A stretch of 36,899 nucleotides of DNA. It comes from a virus (lineage: Duplodnaviria; Caudoviricetes). The notes under the pieces were generated by a model. It did no database searches. It saw only the letters and a program-made list of their open reading frames with translations, and had not been told where the DNA came from. The position numbers were made by a program, and so were the translations under genes. Of this stretch, positions 15,854 through 24,755 are shown piece after piece (within the stretch, counting starts at the first letter, position 1; each line of letters begins with the position of its first letter). Location: positions 1 through 36,899 of the IMG/VR virus record IMGVR_UViG_3300035396_000833. The stretch is one strand, 5' to 3'.

Positions 15854-16135
15854 CTAATCCTTACCTATAGTGACTTTAAGTTTGCTTCCACAGTTGGGGC
15901 AGTGTAAGCCGGTATCCGGGAGAGGCTCTAAGAACATACTGCCGGTGCCGGTTAGGAGCCAGTGAAGATTGATGTTGAAAAACTCTACAATTTTGTTTAG
16001 TACATCTTTATTGGGCAAAGTGTCATTTAGTTCATATCTTGATACGGCAGACATAGCAATATTTATCTTATCCCCAAACTCTTTTTGAGTAAGATTAATA
16101 CTTTCTCTAATATTTTTTAGCCTTAAACCGATCAT
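15854..16135 (-). CDS. XRE-family HTH repressor (CI-like), paralog 1
   Basis: LRLKNIR..INLTQKEFG...VSRYE...INLHWLLTGTGSMFL; CPNCG; divergent from the early operon. Confidence 0.9.
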   Translation of the reverse strand: MIGLRLKNIRESINLTQKEFGDKINIAMSAVSRYELNDTLPNKDVLNKIVEFFNINLHWLLTGTGSMFLEPLPDTGLHCPNCGSKLKVTIGKD

Positions 16136-16150
16136 AATTTTAAAAAACTA

Positions 16151-16200
16151 TACAAATTTGTAAAATATTGCTTGACAACTATACAAACTTGTATTATCTT
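16151..16200 (+). promoter_or_regulatory. Early lytic promoter with two operators, copy B
   Basis: TTGACA(16172)-17-TATCTT(16195); TACAAATTTGTA at 16151-16162 and TACAAACTTGTA at 16182-16193. Confidence 0.8.
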
Positions 16201-16232
16201 ACCCTTGTTAATTGAGTTTCACACTTGATTAT

Positions 16233-16423
16233 AAGTTTAGGGCGGCACGGTCGCCAAACTAGTCCGCCCTGAACTTTCCCGTTCATTGACATATCGCTTC
16301 TGACTAACCGGTTTGTTTCAATCCTTGTTTTACTGGATTGGAAATAGTCCGCTAAAGAAAAGCAATAGTCAGGTCAAGCCGCGTACAGACTCTTCCTATT
16401 TATAATATAAAACAAGGGAGAGT
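16233..16423 (+). ncRNA. Putative structured leader RNA of the early operon
   Basis: Hairpin 16233-16276, multi-stem element 16300-16372 and hairpin 16389-16423, folded by eye. Confidence 0.45.
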
Positions 16424-16462
16424 TAAAAACAATTAAATTAATTATTAAATAAGGAAAATAAC

Positions 16463-16720
16463 ATGCTTGTGTTAAACAAAAAGACGGTTGTGTTTGACCC
16501 TGATCAGTGGTATTCCTATAGAGATATTGCCCAAAAACTTAATATTGATATCAAATCTCTTGAATACATGGTTAAGCACAGCCCAGATGAATTGACCGCG
16601 GTTAAATTCGGTCCACGAAACACCCGTTTTAACGGGGCAGAACTAAACAATTTTATCAACAACCCGGCTAATCACCGGTATAATCGTAAGGTTAAGAAAA
16701 TTAAGGATGAGGCGGTGTAG
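16463..16720 (+). CDS. Excisionase/AlpA-like HTH protein (Cro position)
   Basis: WYSYRDIAQKLNI...L.AVKFG.RNTRF...EL..FI. Confidence 0.7.
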   Translation: MLVLNKKTVVFDPDQWYSYRDIAQKLNIDIKSLEYMVKHSPDELTAVKFGPRNTRFNGAELNNFINNPANHRYNRKVKKIKDEAV

Positions 16721-16721
16721 G

Positions 16722-17216
16722 ATGGATGAAGTTTCTATTCGGGGATATTTAATACCTGCAAAAAACATACTTGCCGAATTAAAAATCGGTGATCGTCACT
16801 ATTACTATGTTAAAGATGGTATCTTCAACAATGGATCAAAATGCGTTGCCAGAATGGAAAAAAATCGCAAGGACAAAGATTGCGCCGTACTGACAACTAT
16901 TGAAGAAAGCATCACTAATACTAAAAGTGTTTTTGCTAAAAAAAGAACCATCCTTGAAAATTTCATCAACTCACCGGAAAACAAAGCAATTGGGAGTGCC
17001 GAGTTTTTTACACCAAATACAAATAGTGTATGCTACTGGAAACCCATCAATGATATAGTGGATAGGCTTTGGCATATTTGCAAAAAATACGCTGTGAAAA
17101 TATCAAGAAACGAACTTGGCAAATATAAAGCTGCCAATCTTTGCGATCTATGCGAGTTGATGTTGGGCGGAAAGCTTAAAAATCGGCAATACATCCTTGA
17201 GCATTTAAAATCCTAA
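16722..17216 (+). CDS. Hypothetical protein
   Basis: ORF coupled within the early operon. Confidence 0.6.
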   Translation: MDEVSIRGYLIPAKNILAELKIGDRHYYYVKDGIFNNGSKCVARMEKNRKDKDCAVLTTIEESITNTKSVFAKKRTILENFINSPENKAIGSAEFFTPNTNSVCYWKPINDIVDRLWHICKKYAVKISRNELGKYKAANLCDLCELMLGGKLKNRQYILEHLKS

Positions 17217-17233
17217 ATTACGAGGTTCAAATT

Positions 17234-18052
17234 ATGAACGAATTAACAACAATCAAATTTCACGGTGCCGATCTGGTCACTGTTAATAAGGATGGCAAAA
17301 TCCTTGTGGCAATGAAACCGATTGCAGAACATTTGGGGCTTGACTGGAATGGTCAGCTCCAAAGAATTAAACGAAATCCGACACTAAAAAGGTCGATGTG
17401 CATAATACACATTGATACCACAGATTGTGGAGACAGGGAAGCCACGGCACTACCGCTTGAGTTTTTGAACGGTTGGTTGATGGGCGTTTCGGTCAATCAA
17501 GTCAAGCCGGAAATCAAAGACCGGTTAATGGAATATCAAGACGAATGTTACCAGGCCCTCCACGACTACTTTTTTAAAGGCGTTGCCATCAATGACCGCC
17601 GGATCGCGGAACTGGAGACGGTTAATCATGGCTTGACTGATAGAGTTCAGACCTTAAAAAACGAATTGGATAAAACGGTCGATAACTTTGATCGGCTCTA
17701 TTACAATGCTCTGGACGGCAAAAAAGAGTTGCACGATAAAGTTGTTACCCTGGAACAGCAAGTAGGAGAACTCCAGTATGAAAACGGAAGGCTGGAACTC
17801 AAAATTATTGAGCAGAACGAAATTCCTGAATGGCTTTTAAAGGAGCATGTAAGGAAAAGGGCTCAAACTCTTGCACAAAGTGCCAAGGTTGAAGTAAAAA
17901 CTGTTCATATTAGGATTTACGAATACCTAAAAAATCACCACAATTTTAATGTAATGGAAGAATCTGAATATTATGCCAGCAAACTTGATGCTATTGAAGC
18001 AAAAGGATTATTGCCGGTTGTTAAAAAATTCTTGGATAGGCAGGGGGCTTGA
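17234..18052 (+). CDS. ant: Antirepressor (P22 Ant N-terminal-like domain) with coiled coil
   Basis: I.FHGA.L......VAMKPI.E.LGLDW..Q..RIK; LPL..LNGWL; YQ.ECY..L.DYF. Confidence 0.88.
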   Translation: MNELTTIKFHGADLVTVNKDGKILVAMKPIAEHLGLDWNGQLQRIKRNPTLKRSMCIIHIDTTDCGDREATALPLEFLNGWLMGVSVNQVKPEIKDRLMEYQDECYQALHDYFFKGVAINDRRIAELETVNHGLTDRVQTLKNELDKTVDNFDRLYYNALDGKKELHDKVVTLEQQVGELQYENGRLELKIIEQNEIPEWLLKEHVRKRAQTLAQSAKVEVKTVHIRIYEYLKNHHNFNVMEESEYYASKLDAIEAKGLLPVVKKFLDRQGA

Positions 18053-18053
18053 T

Positions 18054-18377
18054 ATGAGTGTTGAAGAAGCTTTAAAAACGCTAACAAATGCCGGCTGGAA
18101 TGTTGAGCTAAGTAAACCGCAACCAAAGGTTATACGCTACAACATCAAAGAAGTTGCTGAAAAAATGGGATATAGAAGCATTCAGACGGTTTACTCTCTG
18201 ATCAATCCGATACACGGAAAAGCACCAAGAATGAAATGCGAGCGAGTGGGTGGAACGGTTTATATTCACCAGTCACACATTGACGAGTATTTGAACCGTA
18301 AGGGCAAGATCAGTAAAACAAAATCTGATTATGAAGCCGAGGCGGAAACTAAAATTATTTGCGGAGAAGTGAGATGA
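18054..18377 (+). CDS. Excisionase-like HTH DNA-binding protein
   Basis: YNIKEVAEKMG...TVY.LI...RVGG...I..S.I.EYL. Confidence 0.7.
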   Translation: MSVEEALKTLTNAGWNVELSKPQPKVIRYNIKEVAEKMGYRSIQTVYSLINPIHGKAPRMKCERVGGTVYIHQSHIDEYLNRKGKISKTKSDYEAEAETKIICGEVR

Positions 18378-19165
18378 AAAGTAACGATTTAAAAGTAACG
18401 ACAATAGATATCGCTTTGAACACAGGGGTGGCGATGGATTTTTTGTATAATCGGTTTGGTTTGGGAAGAAGAGATACTATTAGCGTAAGCGATTTACTAG
18501 TGAGGACAAAGCGAGCAGAATCACTTTCAGCTCCCTCTCTAAAACATAGATTCAAACCAATAATCGACTACTGCAAAACGGCGATACAACCCAAACCGGA
18601 AATAAAGGAAGTTGCAGCTAAACCTGAAACAATATCAAACAATACGCCAAAGAACGAACATCTATATACAGCTAAACAGCTTGCCGATATATACAAATGT
18701 CCGATTGGCATGTCGTATAAAGCATTCTCTTTCGCAAAAGATGGGGAATTGATTACAAAAATATCTGATGGAAATGGGCTAATAACCAAAACTTCTTCTA
18801 TTCCTGCTTTCATGACCTGCTTAAAAAGAGTTTTAGAAAGCGACAAAGGGGGTGGTAATTACACCACTAAGGCTAAAGAAATACTAAACGCCTATAAAAA
18901 ATACAATTTGGAGCCCGTAATTAAACCTATTAAAGAGTTGCCTGAAAATGAAAGCAAACCGGATTTAGAAACCATATCAAGCAATATGCACGATTTGATC
19001 AACGAAATAAAAGGCTTGAAAAGATTTATATACAGCGGGATTGAGCTAAATCAAGAACTCGTTGAACTCCAAAGAAAACGAAATGAAATAGCAGAAAAAC
19101 ACAACGAAATAGCAGAAAAACACAACGAAATAGCCCTAAAACAACTGGAGGTATGGACTAAATGA
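18374..19165 (+). CDS. Hypothetical protein with C-terminal coiled coil
   Basis: ATGA overlap; 21-bp tandem repeat encoding NEIAEKH. Confidence 0.65.
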   Translation: MKSNDLKVTTIDIALNTGVAMDFLYNRFGLGRRDTISVSDLLVRTKRAESLSAPSLKHRFKPIIDYCKTAIQPKPEIKEVAAKPETISNNTPKNEHLYTAKQLADIYKCPIGMSYKAFSFAKDGELITKISDGNGLITKTSSIPAFMTCLKRVLESDKGGGNYTTKAKEILNAYKKYNLEPVIKPIKELPENESKPDLETISSNMHDLINEIKGLKRFIYSGIELNQELVELQRKRNEIAEKHNEIAEKHNEIALKQLEVWTK

Positions 19166-19410
19166 AAAACATAATCCTCACAATCCTAACATTAACAGCC
19201 CTATCATTTGGGGCTTTTTTTATGTCCTGCAAATTCGCTGACCGGATAGAAGAAAAACAGCAAAAACGAGAGCTCGTGACAATATCAAACAAACAAATCA
19301 GAGTTGATAAAATCATGACTGAATACTACGGTAAACCGGTGAACTTTGAAGCTTTAAACCGAATGACACCGGAGCAGTTGGACACAATAATTAAACAGGC
19401 GGGGTTTTAA
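19162..19410 (+). CDS. Hypothetical protein with N-terminal hydrophobic segment
   Basis: GGAGG RBS; MKNIILTILTLTALSFGAFFMSC. Confidence 0.6.
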   Translation: MKNIILTILTLTALSFGAFFMSCKFADRIEEKQQKRELVTISNKQIRVDKIMTEYYGKPVNFEALNRMTPEQLDTIIKQAGF

Positions 19411-19411
19411 G

Positions 19412-19585
19412 ATGACTGATTTAGAAAAAGGGGCAAAACTCAAAGCCGAGCTGTTGGATAAGTATAAAAAAAGAATGATCCAAAACGAACCTAAAGACCG
19501 AAAAGCTTTTATTTGTGGATCTTTAGAGAATTGTAAACAACCAACTTTTACTAAAAACGAAAATTCCCTGCCAATTATCAGATGA
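19412..19585 (+). CDS. Hypothetical protein, 57 aa
   Basis: Hand translation MTDLEKGAKL...; starts 1 nt after the previous stop. Confidence 0.45.
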   Translation: MTDLEKGAKLKAELLDKYKKRMIQNEPKDRKAFICGSLENCKQPTFTKNENSLPIIR

Positions 19586-19641
19586 CAGGGAATTAACAGG
19601 AAACGAACCATGAAACTGTAATATAACGAAAGGACTTGATA

Positions 19642-20994
19642 ATGTCAACTAAGATTATCGGCTTGCAGATTGAAAATTTGCGCAAAATCAGAACTGCTGA
19701 AATGCAGTTTGCAGAAAACGGACTAATCCAGTTCAAAGGCGAAAACGGACAGGGAAAAACCACGGTGCTTGATGCTCTAATGATCTTGTTTCAGGGCGAT
19801 AGGGCACGCAATGATGACATGGTTACTCATGGAGAAAAGAAAGCAAAAATAACCGTTGATCTAGGTGCTTATATTGTAGAGAAAGTGTTCACCAATGACG
19901 GCACTCCAAAACTTAGCATCATCGAAAAAGCAACCAATCAGCCGGTTAAAAATCCGCAAAAGTTTTTGACTGATATGGTTAATCAGATCTCTTTTAATCC
20001 TTTCGACTTCCTGAATAAATCACCTCTTGAAAAAAATCGTTTTTTGATGAAGCTTTTGAAGATAGATTTTACCGAGATCAACAAACAACTTGAACTTACA
20101 GAAAAAGAGCGTACGGTTGTTGGGCGTGAAGTTGATCGTTTTGGCGTGATTGATCCGGTTAATCCCGCTGAAAAGGTGAGTCTAAAAGAACTCTATGACG
20201 AAAAGAAAGTGGTTGAAGATGAAAATCGGCAGATTAGAACAGATTATCAGAACAAATTTGCCGCCGAAAGTCAAAAGGTATCTGTTTATCAAAACGAACT
20301 TGGACAATACAACCGGACTAAAAAAGACCTGACTGACCAGGTGACTAAAATTGAATCTCAAAAAGATCGTAATCTTGCAGAAATTAAGAGATTGCAGGCG
20401 GAAAATAATCAATTAACTCTGCAGCTGATCGAGGTTGAAGAGAAGCGAGACGCTTTAATAGTTCCGGTTGAACCAATCATCTGCGAAATACCCGAACCGG
20501 TTTACAAATCAACGGCTACTATTGACAGCCAAATCGAAAACGCTGAATCTATCAATATCAAAGCTCACGAATACGCCGAATACTTAAAAAAACGAGAACA
20601 AAAACAAAAACTAAAAGATCAGTATGATGCTTTGACCGGTGATATTGAAGACCTTAGACAGCAGAAATTAAAAATCCTTGCCGAAACACCAACCGGAATT
20701 AACGGCTTGGTTATTACCGAGGAAGCAGTTCTTCACAACGGAATCACTTCCGAAAACTGGAGCGATGCACAGGGCATTGATGTTGCTGCTCAATTATGTA
20801 TAGCGCAGAATCCAGAGCTTAGAGCGGTCTTTATTGACAAGGGTGAGAGTTTTGATAAAAAGAGGCTGGCAGCATTGCAGGAATGGGCTGAAAAGAATGA
20901 CTTACAAGCCTTTGTGACGATTGTGGACGAAACCCCAGAATCGTTAGAGGACGGCGTATTTTACATTGAAGAAGGAACTATAATTACTAAATAG
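19642..20994 (+). CDS. SMC/Rad50-like ATPase of the recombination module
   Basis: Walker A GENGQGKT, long coiled coil, signature-like WSDAQ, Walker B VFIDKGE. Confidence 0.85.
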   Translation: MSTKIIGLQIENLRKIRTAEMQFAENGLIQFKGENGQGKTTVLDALMILFQGDRARNDDMVTHGEKKAKITVDLGAYIVEKVFTNDGTPKLSIIEKATNQPVKNPQKFLTDMVNQISFNPFDFLNKSPLEKNRFLMKLLKIDFTEINKQLELTEKERTVVGREVDRFGVIDPVNPAEKVSLKELYDEKKVVEDENRQIRTDYQNKFAAESQKVSVYQNELGQYNRTKKDLTDQVTKIESQKDRNLAEIKRLQAENNQLTLQLIEVEEKRDALIVPVEPIICEIPEPVYKSTATIDSQIENAESINIKAHEYAEYLKKREQKQKLKDQYDALTGDIEDLRQQKLKILAETPTGINGLVITEEAVLHNGITSENWSDAQGIDVAAQLCIAQNPELRAVFIDKGESFDKKRLAALQEWAEKNDLQAFVTIVDETPESLEDGVFYIEEGTIITK

Positions 20995-21005
20995 GAGAAA
21001 TTACC

Positions 21006-22106
21006 ATGGCAAACGAAGTAGCAACAAAACAGACTTTTTCTAACTTCTTAACTTCTCCGGTGGTTAAGCAGAAAATAAATGAAGTGATTGGCGGTGCAGG
21101 CGGTCAGCGGTTTATGACACAAATTCTTTCCGCTGTTACAAATAATCCAGCCTTGCAGGAATGCGAACAGATGACAATCTTCAATTGTGCGCTTTTGGGT
21201 GAGGGTTTAAAGCTCTCCCCTTCTCCGCAACTTGGACAATACTACATGGTTCCGTTTAAGGACAAAAAAAACAACCGGACGGTAGCGACATTTCAACTCG
21301 GTTACAAAGGCTATATTCAACTGGCTATCAGATCTGGGCAATATAAAAAGCTGAATGTTCTGGCAATCAAACAGGGTGAACTGATTAATTTTGATCCACT
21401 TAACGAAGTGATTGAGGTTGATCTTATTCAAGATGAAGTAGTCAGAGAAAACACGGCAACCGTTGGTTATTACGCAATGTTTGAATATACCAACGGATTT
21501 AGAAAAGCAATGTACTGGTCAATCGCCAAAATGATGGCTCACGCAAATACTTATTCGGCTGCCTTCTCTTCTGAAAATTATCAAAAGTTAAAAGATGGTA
21601 AAATTCCGCCGTCTGATATGTGGAAATACAGTTCTTTCTGGTACAAAGATTTTGACGGTATGGCATATAAAACGATGTTGCGCCAGTTAATCAGCAAATG
21701 GGGGATCATGTCAATTGATATGCAGACCGCCTATGAAAGCGACATGGAAATTAAAGACGAAAAAGGGAAAAATCTTTATCCGGATAATGACGGTGACAAT
21801 TTTGGCATGATCGAGCCGCAAGAAGTTCAAGCAGATGCTAAAAACAAACTGGATGCCTTGAAAAATCAGAATAAAAAAGAACCCGAAACCGCCACGGTAG
21901 TTGAGCCGGAACCAAAGGTAAATAAAGAAACTGGCGAGATGAAAATGAGTAATAAAGATAAATTGACTGTTATGTTAGAACCTCACGCTGTTAATATCAA
22001 TTACTTTGTACAGGAAAATGGGCTTGACGGAAATGACGACGATTCTTTAAAATTGATTGTTGAAAATGACAAACTGTTTAGAAGTTATCTGAAAAAATGT
22101 ATCTAA
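21006..22106 (+). CDS. recT: RecT-family single-strand annealing protein
   Basis: LGQYYMVPF, FQLGYKGYIQLAIRSGQY, FDGMAYKT motifs. Confidence 0.92.
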   Translation: MANEVATKQTFSNFLTSPVVKQKINEVIGGAGGQRFMTQILSAVTNNPALQECEQMTIFNCALLGEGLKLSPSPQLGQYYMVPFKDKKNNRTVATFQLGYKGYIQLAIRSGQYKKLNVLAIKQGELINFDPLNEVIEVDLIQDEVVRENTATVGYYAMFEYTNGFRKAMYWSIAKMMAHANTYSAAFSSENYQKLKDGKIPPSDMWKYSSFWYKDFDGMAYKTMLRQLISKWGIMSIDMQTAYESDMEIKDEKGKNLYPDNDGDNFGMIEPQEVQADAKNKLDALKNQNKKEPETATVVEPEPKVNKETGEMKMSNKDKLTVMLEPHAVNINYFVQENGLDGNDDDSLKLIVENDKLFRSYLKKCI

Positions 22107-22200
22107 ACAAATCTGTGTGAACAAATCTGTGTGTAAACAAGGGGTTGCAACCCCTTGTTCAGTGATGGGATATTCCGGCGATCCACCGGATTGCCCCTAC
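22106..22200. repeat. Composite repeat cluster: 14-bp tandem, CAAGGGG palindrome and GATCC-type REP
   Basis: (AACAAATCTGTGTG)x2; AACAAGGGGTTGCAACCCCTTGTT at 22136-22159; GGCGATCCACCGGATTGCCCCTAC at 22177-22200. Confidence 0.8.
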
Positions 22201-22217
22201 GAAAGGAAAAACGAACC

Positions 22218-23126
22218 ATGAAAGATTTATCAACTATGCTAGACGGTATTTATACCGATATTTCGGACGAGGAATATTTTGGAGATAAAAGCCGGGTTAA
22301 CTGCTCAACTCTGAAAAAGGTTATTCAATCCGGTTCTACTTCTTACTTGAAACAAATCGTTAAACCAACGGAAGCAATGAGAATCGGAACTGCTTTTCAT
22401 ACTTTAGTTTTAGAACCAGCAAAATGGGATGAAAGGTTTATTGTTGTTGAAGATTATGATGGTAGAACAGCAGCCGGCAAAAAATATAAAGAAAGCCTTG
22501 GGGATGTAGTCTTCATTGATGAAAAAGGTCGAGATTCTGACGACAATAAAAGAATCGCAATGAAAGAACCAGTAAGAGCGGAATTAGAAAACCTTAAAAC
22601 CGGCTTACTGGTTGGAGCGGACGGCAAACCCACACTGGCAGCCGATCTGCTAAATCAAAAGGGCGATGTTGAGGCGGTTGTTTTGTTTACCTATCTGGGC
22701 GTTCCGTGCAAAATTAAGATTGATAAATTGCTGGAAGATTATCACTGCTTGGATGTTAAGACCTGTTTGAGTTGTAAATTGGAAGATTTTCAGAGAGCGA
22801 CTTTTGATAGAGGTTATTTTATTCAATCAGCGTTTTACAAACTGGCTTTTAAGTGTTTAACTTCTGATTTACCGGAAAAGGCTAATGTCAAATTTACATT
22901 CCTTGCGGTGGAGAAGACGGATAATATCTGGTTAAACCAGTGTTACAATACCAATATTTGGGACGCTAAAGCACAGGCTTTGATTGATTACTATCTGCCG
23001 ATCACTTATGAAGCTATGCAGACTAAAGCCTATTCGACTTATGCCGGACACAATCAGCAGGAAATTATCAGCCTTCCTTTAAGCGGCTGGATTGAAAAAA
23101 GTATTAACTCAATGCTTGGGTGTTAA
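22218..23126 (+). CDS. RecE/exonuclease VIII-like PD-(D/E)XK nuclease (DUF3799-like)
   Basis: AMRIGTAFH..VLEP, K.KID, DVKT, Y..Q.AFY, F.AVEK; adjacent to recT. Confidence 0.88.
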   Translation: MKDLSTMLDGIYTDISDEEYFGDKSRVNCSTLKKVIQSGSTSYLKQIVKPTEAMRIGTAFHTLVLEPAKWDERFIVVEDYDGRTAAGKKYKESLGDVVFIDEKGRDSDDNKRIAMKEPVRAELENLKTGLLVGADGKPTLAADLLNQKGDVEAVVLFTYLGVPCKIKIDKLLEDYHCLDVKTCLSCKLEDFQRATFDRGYFIQSAFYKLAFKCLTSDLPEKANVKFTFLAVEKTDNIWLNQCYNTNIWDAKAQALIDYYLPITYEAMQTKAYSTYAGHNQQEIISLPLSGWIEKSINSMLGC

Positions 23127-23170
23127 ACCAAAAGGTAACAACCAACGCAAAATTAAACAAAAGGGCAATT

Positions 23171-23440
23171 ATGCAAAATTTACTTGCAATCAGGTTTAGG
23201 CAGTTGCCAATCCGTCTAAATATCACAAGTAAAGTATTGGCTGAAAAACTTTCTATTACTCCGCAAATGCTTATCAGATACCAAAAGGGGGAAGCCGTCC
23301 CCAGTGCTGAAATCTTGATTAAAATTAAATCATTGTTTAACTTTGATATGAACTGGTTTTTAAATGAGAAAATCAAAGACGAGGTCGTAAAGACTAGAAT
23401 CATTTTGAAAGCTCCGATCTGCTGCTATTGTGGGGCATAA
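23171..23440 (+). CDS. XRE-family HTH protein
   Basis: LAEKLSIT......YQKGE..PS...L..I......MNWFL. Confidence 0.75.
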   Translation: MQNLLAIRFRQLPIRLNITSKVLAEKLSITPQMLIRYQKGEAVPSAEILIKIKSLFNFDMNWFLNEKIKDEVVKTRIILKAPICCYCGA

Positions 23441-23446
23441 CCAACT

Positions 23447-23478
23447 AAAGGCGGAACTTAAAACACTCCGCCTTTTTT
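23447..23478 (+). terminator. Intrinsic terminator/attenuator before the replication genes
   Basis: AAAGGCGGA...TCCGCCTTTTTT. Confidence 0.65.
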
Positions 23479-23498
23479 ATTTAACCGCAGAGGCGATC

Positions 23499-23783
23499 AT
23501 GGCGAATCAATTTTATAAAATGGATATCAGCAAGTGGCATGATAGAACATCGACAGAAAGAATTATGCTACACCTTCTTGATAATTGTTCTTTTAGCCTT
23601 TCAAACGATTGGTTATCTAAAACGACAGGCTTTACCGTAAAAAATATAAAAAAGGTTTTAAAACAACTGCAAGATGATTGCATTATTGAAATTATTTATG
23701 ACGGTAATCCTCACAATCAAAAAACTAAAAGAACGATAAAGATAATAAACCACTTCAAAGACACCAACTGTCCCCCACAGTAG
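23499..23783 (+). CDS. Winged-HTH replication initiator (N-terminal-type domain)
   Basis: SNDWLS..TG.....IK..LK.L.....I; immediately followed by iterons. Confidence 0.65.
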   Translation: MANQFYKMDISKWHDRTSTERIMLHLLDNCSFSLSNDWLSKTTGFTVKNIKKVLKQLQDDCIIEIIYDGNPHNQKTKRTIKIINHFKDTNCPPQ

Positions 23784-23900
23784 TCACGGTGTCCCCCACA
23801 GTAGTCACGGTGTCCCCCACAGTAGTCACGGTGTCCCCCACAGTAGTCACTTTCTATTAATACTAGATTAATTATTATATTAATTACTAGATTAATTTAA
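23769..23900. repeat. Putative replication origin: four 21-bp iterons and an AT-rich tract
   Basis: TGTCCCCCACAGTAGTCACGG three times plus a 19-bp fourth copy (23769-23850), then an AT-rich tract with TACTAGATTAATT twice. Confidence 0.8.
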
Positions 23901-24005
23901 TAGAGTCAGTCAGTCAGTCCTTTGATTGATTAATTATTCCACGCGGGACAGATGCGCATGAGGACTTGACGACCGACTTTTTTTAAAAAAACAGGAGAAT
24001 TTTAA

Positions 24006-24743
24006 ATGTTAACTCCAGAGCAACGCAAGAATTTTGAGGTGTCGTATCCTGATTGTGATATTGACAAAGCTATTAGTCACATGGAAAGTAAATACGGTGA
24101 CAAAATCACAAGTCCAGTAAATTTATTACATACCTGCATTAAATCAGACAGACAGAAATTTGCCAGACAAGAACTGCAAGAGCACACAGGATCAGACAGC
24201 AAGCCGAAAAACGCTAAAGAGCTGGAGAATGCAGAAGCTTACAGAAAATCAGCTATTGAGAAATTTAAGGCAGAACACAACATTTTAACCAATGGCTACC
24301 ATAAGCCACGCTACAACTACGGAATCGAAGCAACCGGCACTATTGAAGAAAAGAGCTGCATCGAGCGAGCTTTAAGAACTGCATTTAATCCAGAGACTGA
24401 ACAAACTTACGAAGAATGGATGCAAAAAGAATACGCTATCTTCTGCGGAAACTATCAAAACTTCAATATTGATTTTGACAATGTGATCAAATCCTTTGTT
24501 GACAACCTGGACAAACACAAGGGAACGCCGCTTCACGATTCTTACCCAAACTATTTTACTTACCGTTGCCGAAAGGTGGCGGATCAATGTTTAAAAGTCA
24601 ATGATCCAGACGATCCCGACCGGATTAAAAATATGATCCGTTACGGCATGGACTTAAACGAAGCGTTAAACCAAAAGCAAAAAGAGGAAATGCAGCAGGT
24701 GAAGAACGATATTTGTCAACCTGTAATGGAAGAATTATTTTAA
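24006..24743 (+). CDS. Hypothetical replication-associated protein
   Basis: AGGAG RBS; follows the origin. Confidence 0.6.
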   Translation: MLTPEQRKNFEVSYPDCDIDKAISHMESKYGDKITSPVNLLHTCIKSDRQKFARQELQEHTGSDSKPKNAKELENAEAYRKSAIEKFKAEHNILTNGYHKPRYNYGIEATGTIEEKSCIERALRTAFNPETEQTYEEWMQKEYAIFCGNYQNFNIDFDNVIKSFVDNLDKHKGTPLHDSYPNYFTYRCRKVADQCLKVNDPDDPDRIKNMIRYGMDLNEALNQKQKEEMQQVKNDICQPVMEELF

Positions 24744-24755
24744 AAAGGAGGTGTT

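Noticed and set aside
14591-15887. Junction repeats as classical integron attC sites or CRISPR repeats
   Set aside because: There is no attC-like inverted R/L box structure, the intervening DNA is whole genes, and the repeat is explained as repressor coding sequence.
19077-19135. 21-bp tandem repeat in the 18374-19165 gene
   Set aside because: It is an in-frame heptad expansion (NEIAEKH) of a coiled coil and needs no further explanation.
23769-23850. 21-bp repeats as a CRISPR array
   Set aside because: The repeats are head-to-tail with no spacers, there are no cas genes, and the context fits iterons.
23781-23900. TAG stop-codon reassignment to read through the iterons
   Set aside because: The frame still hits TAA shortly after, and core genes (capsid, portal, ATPase) end normally at TAG.
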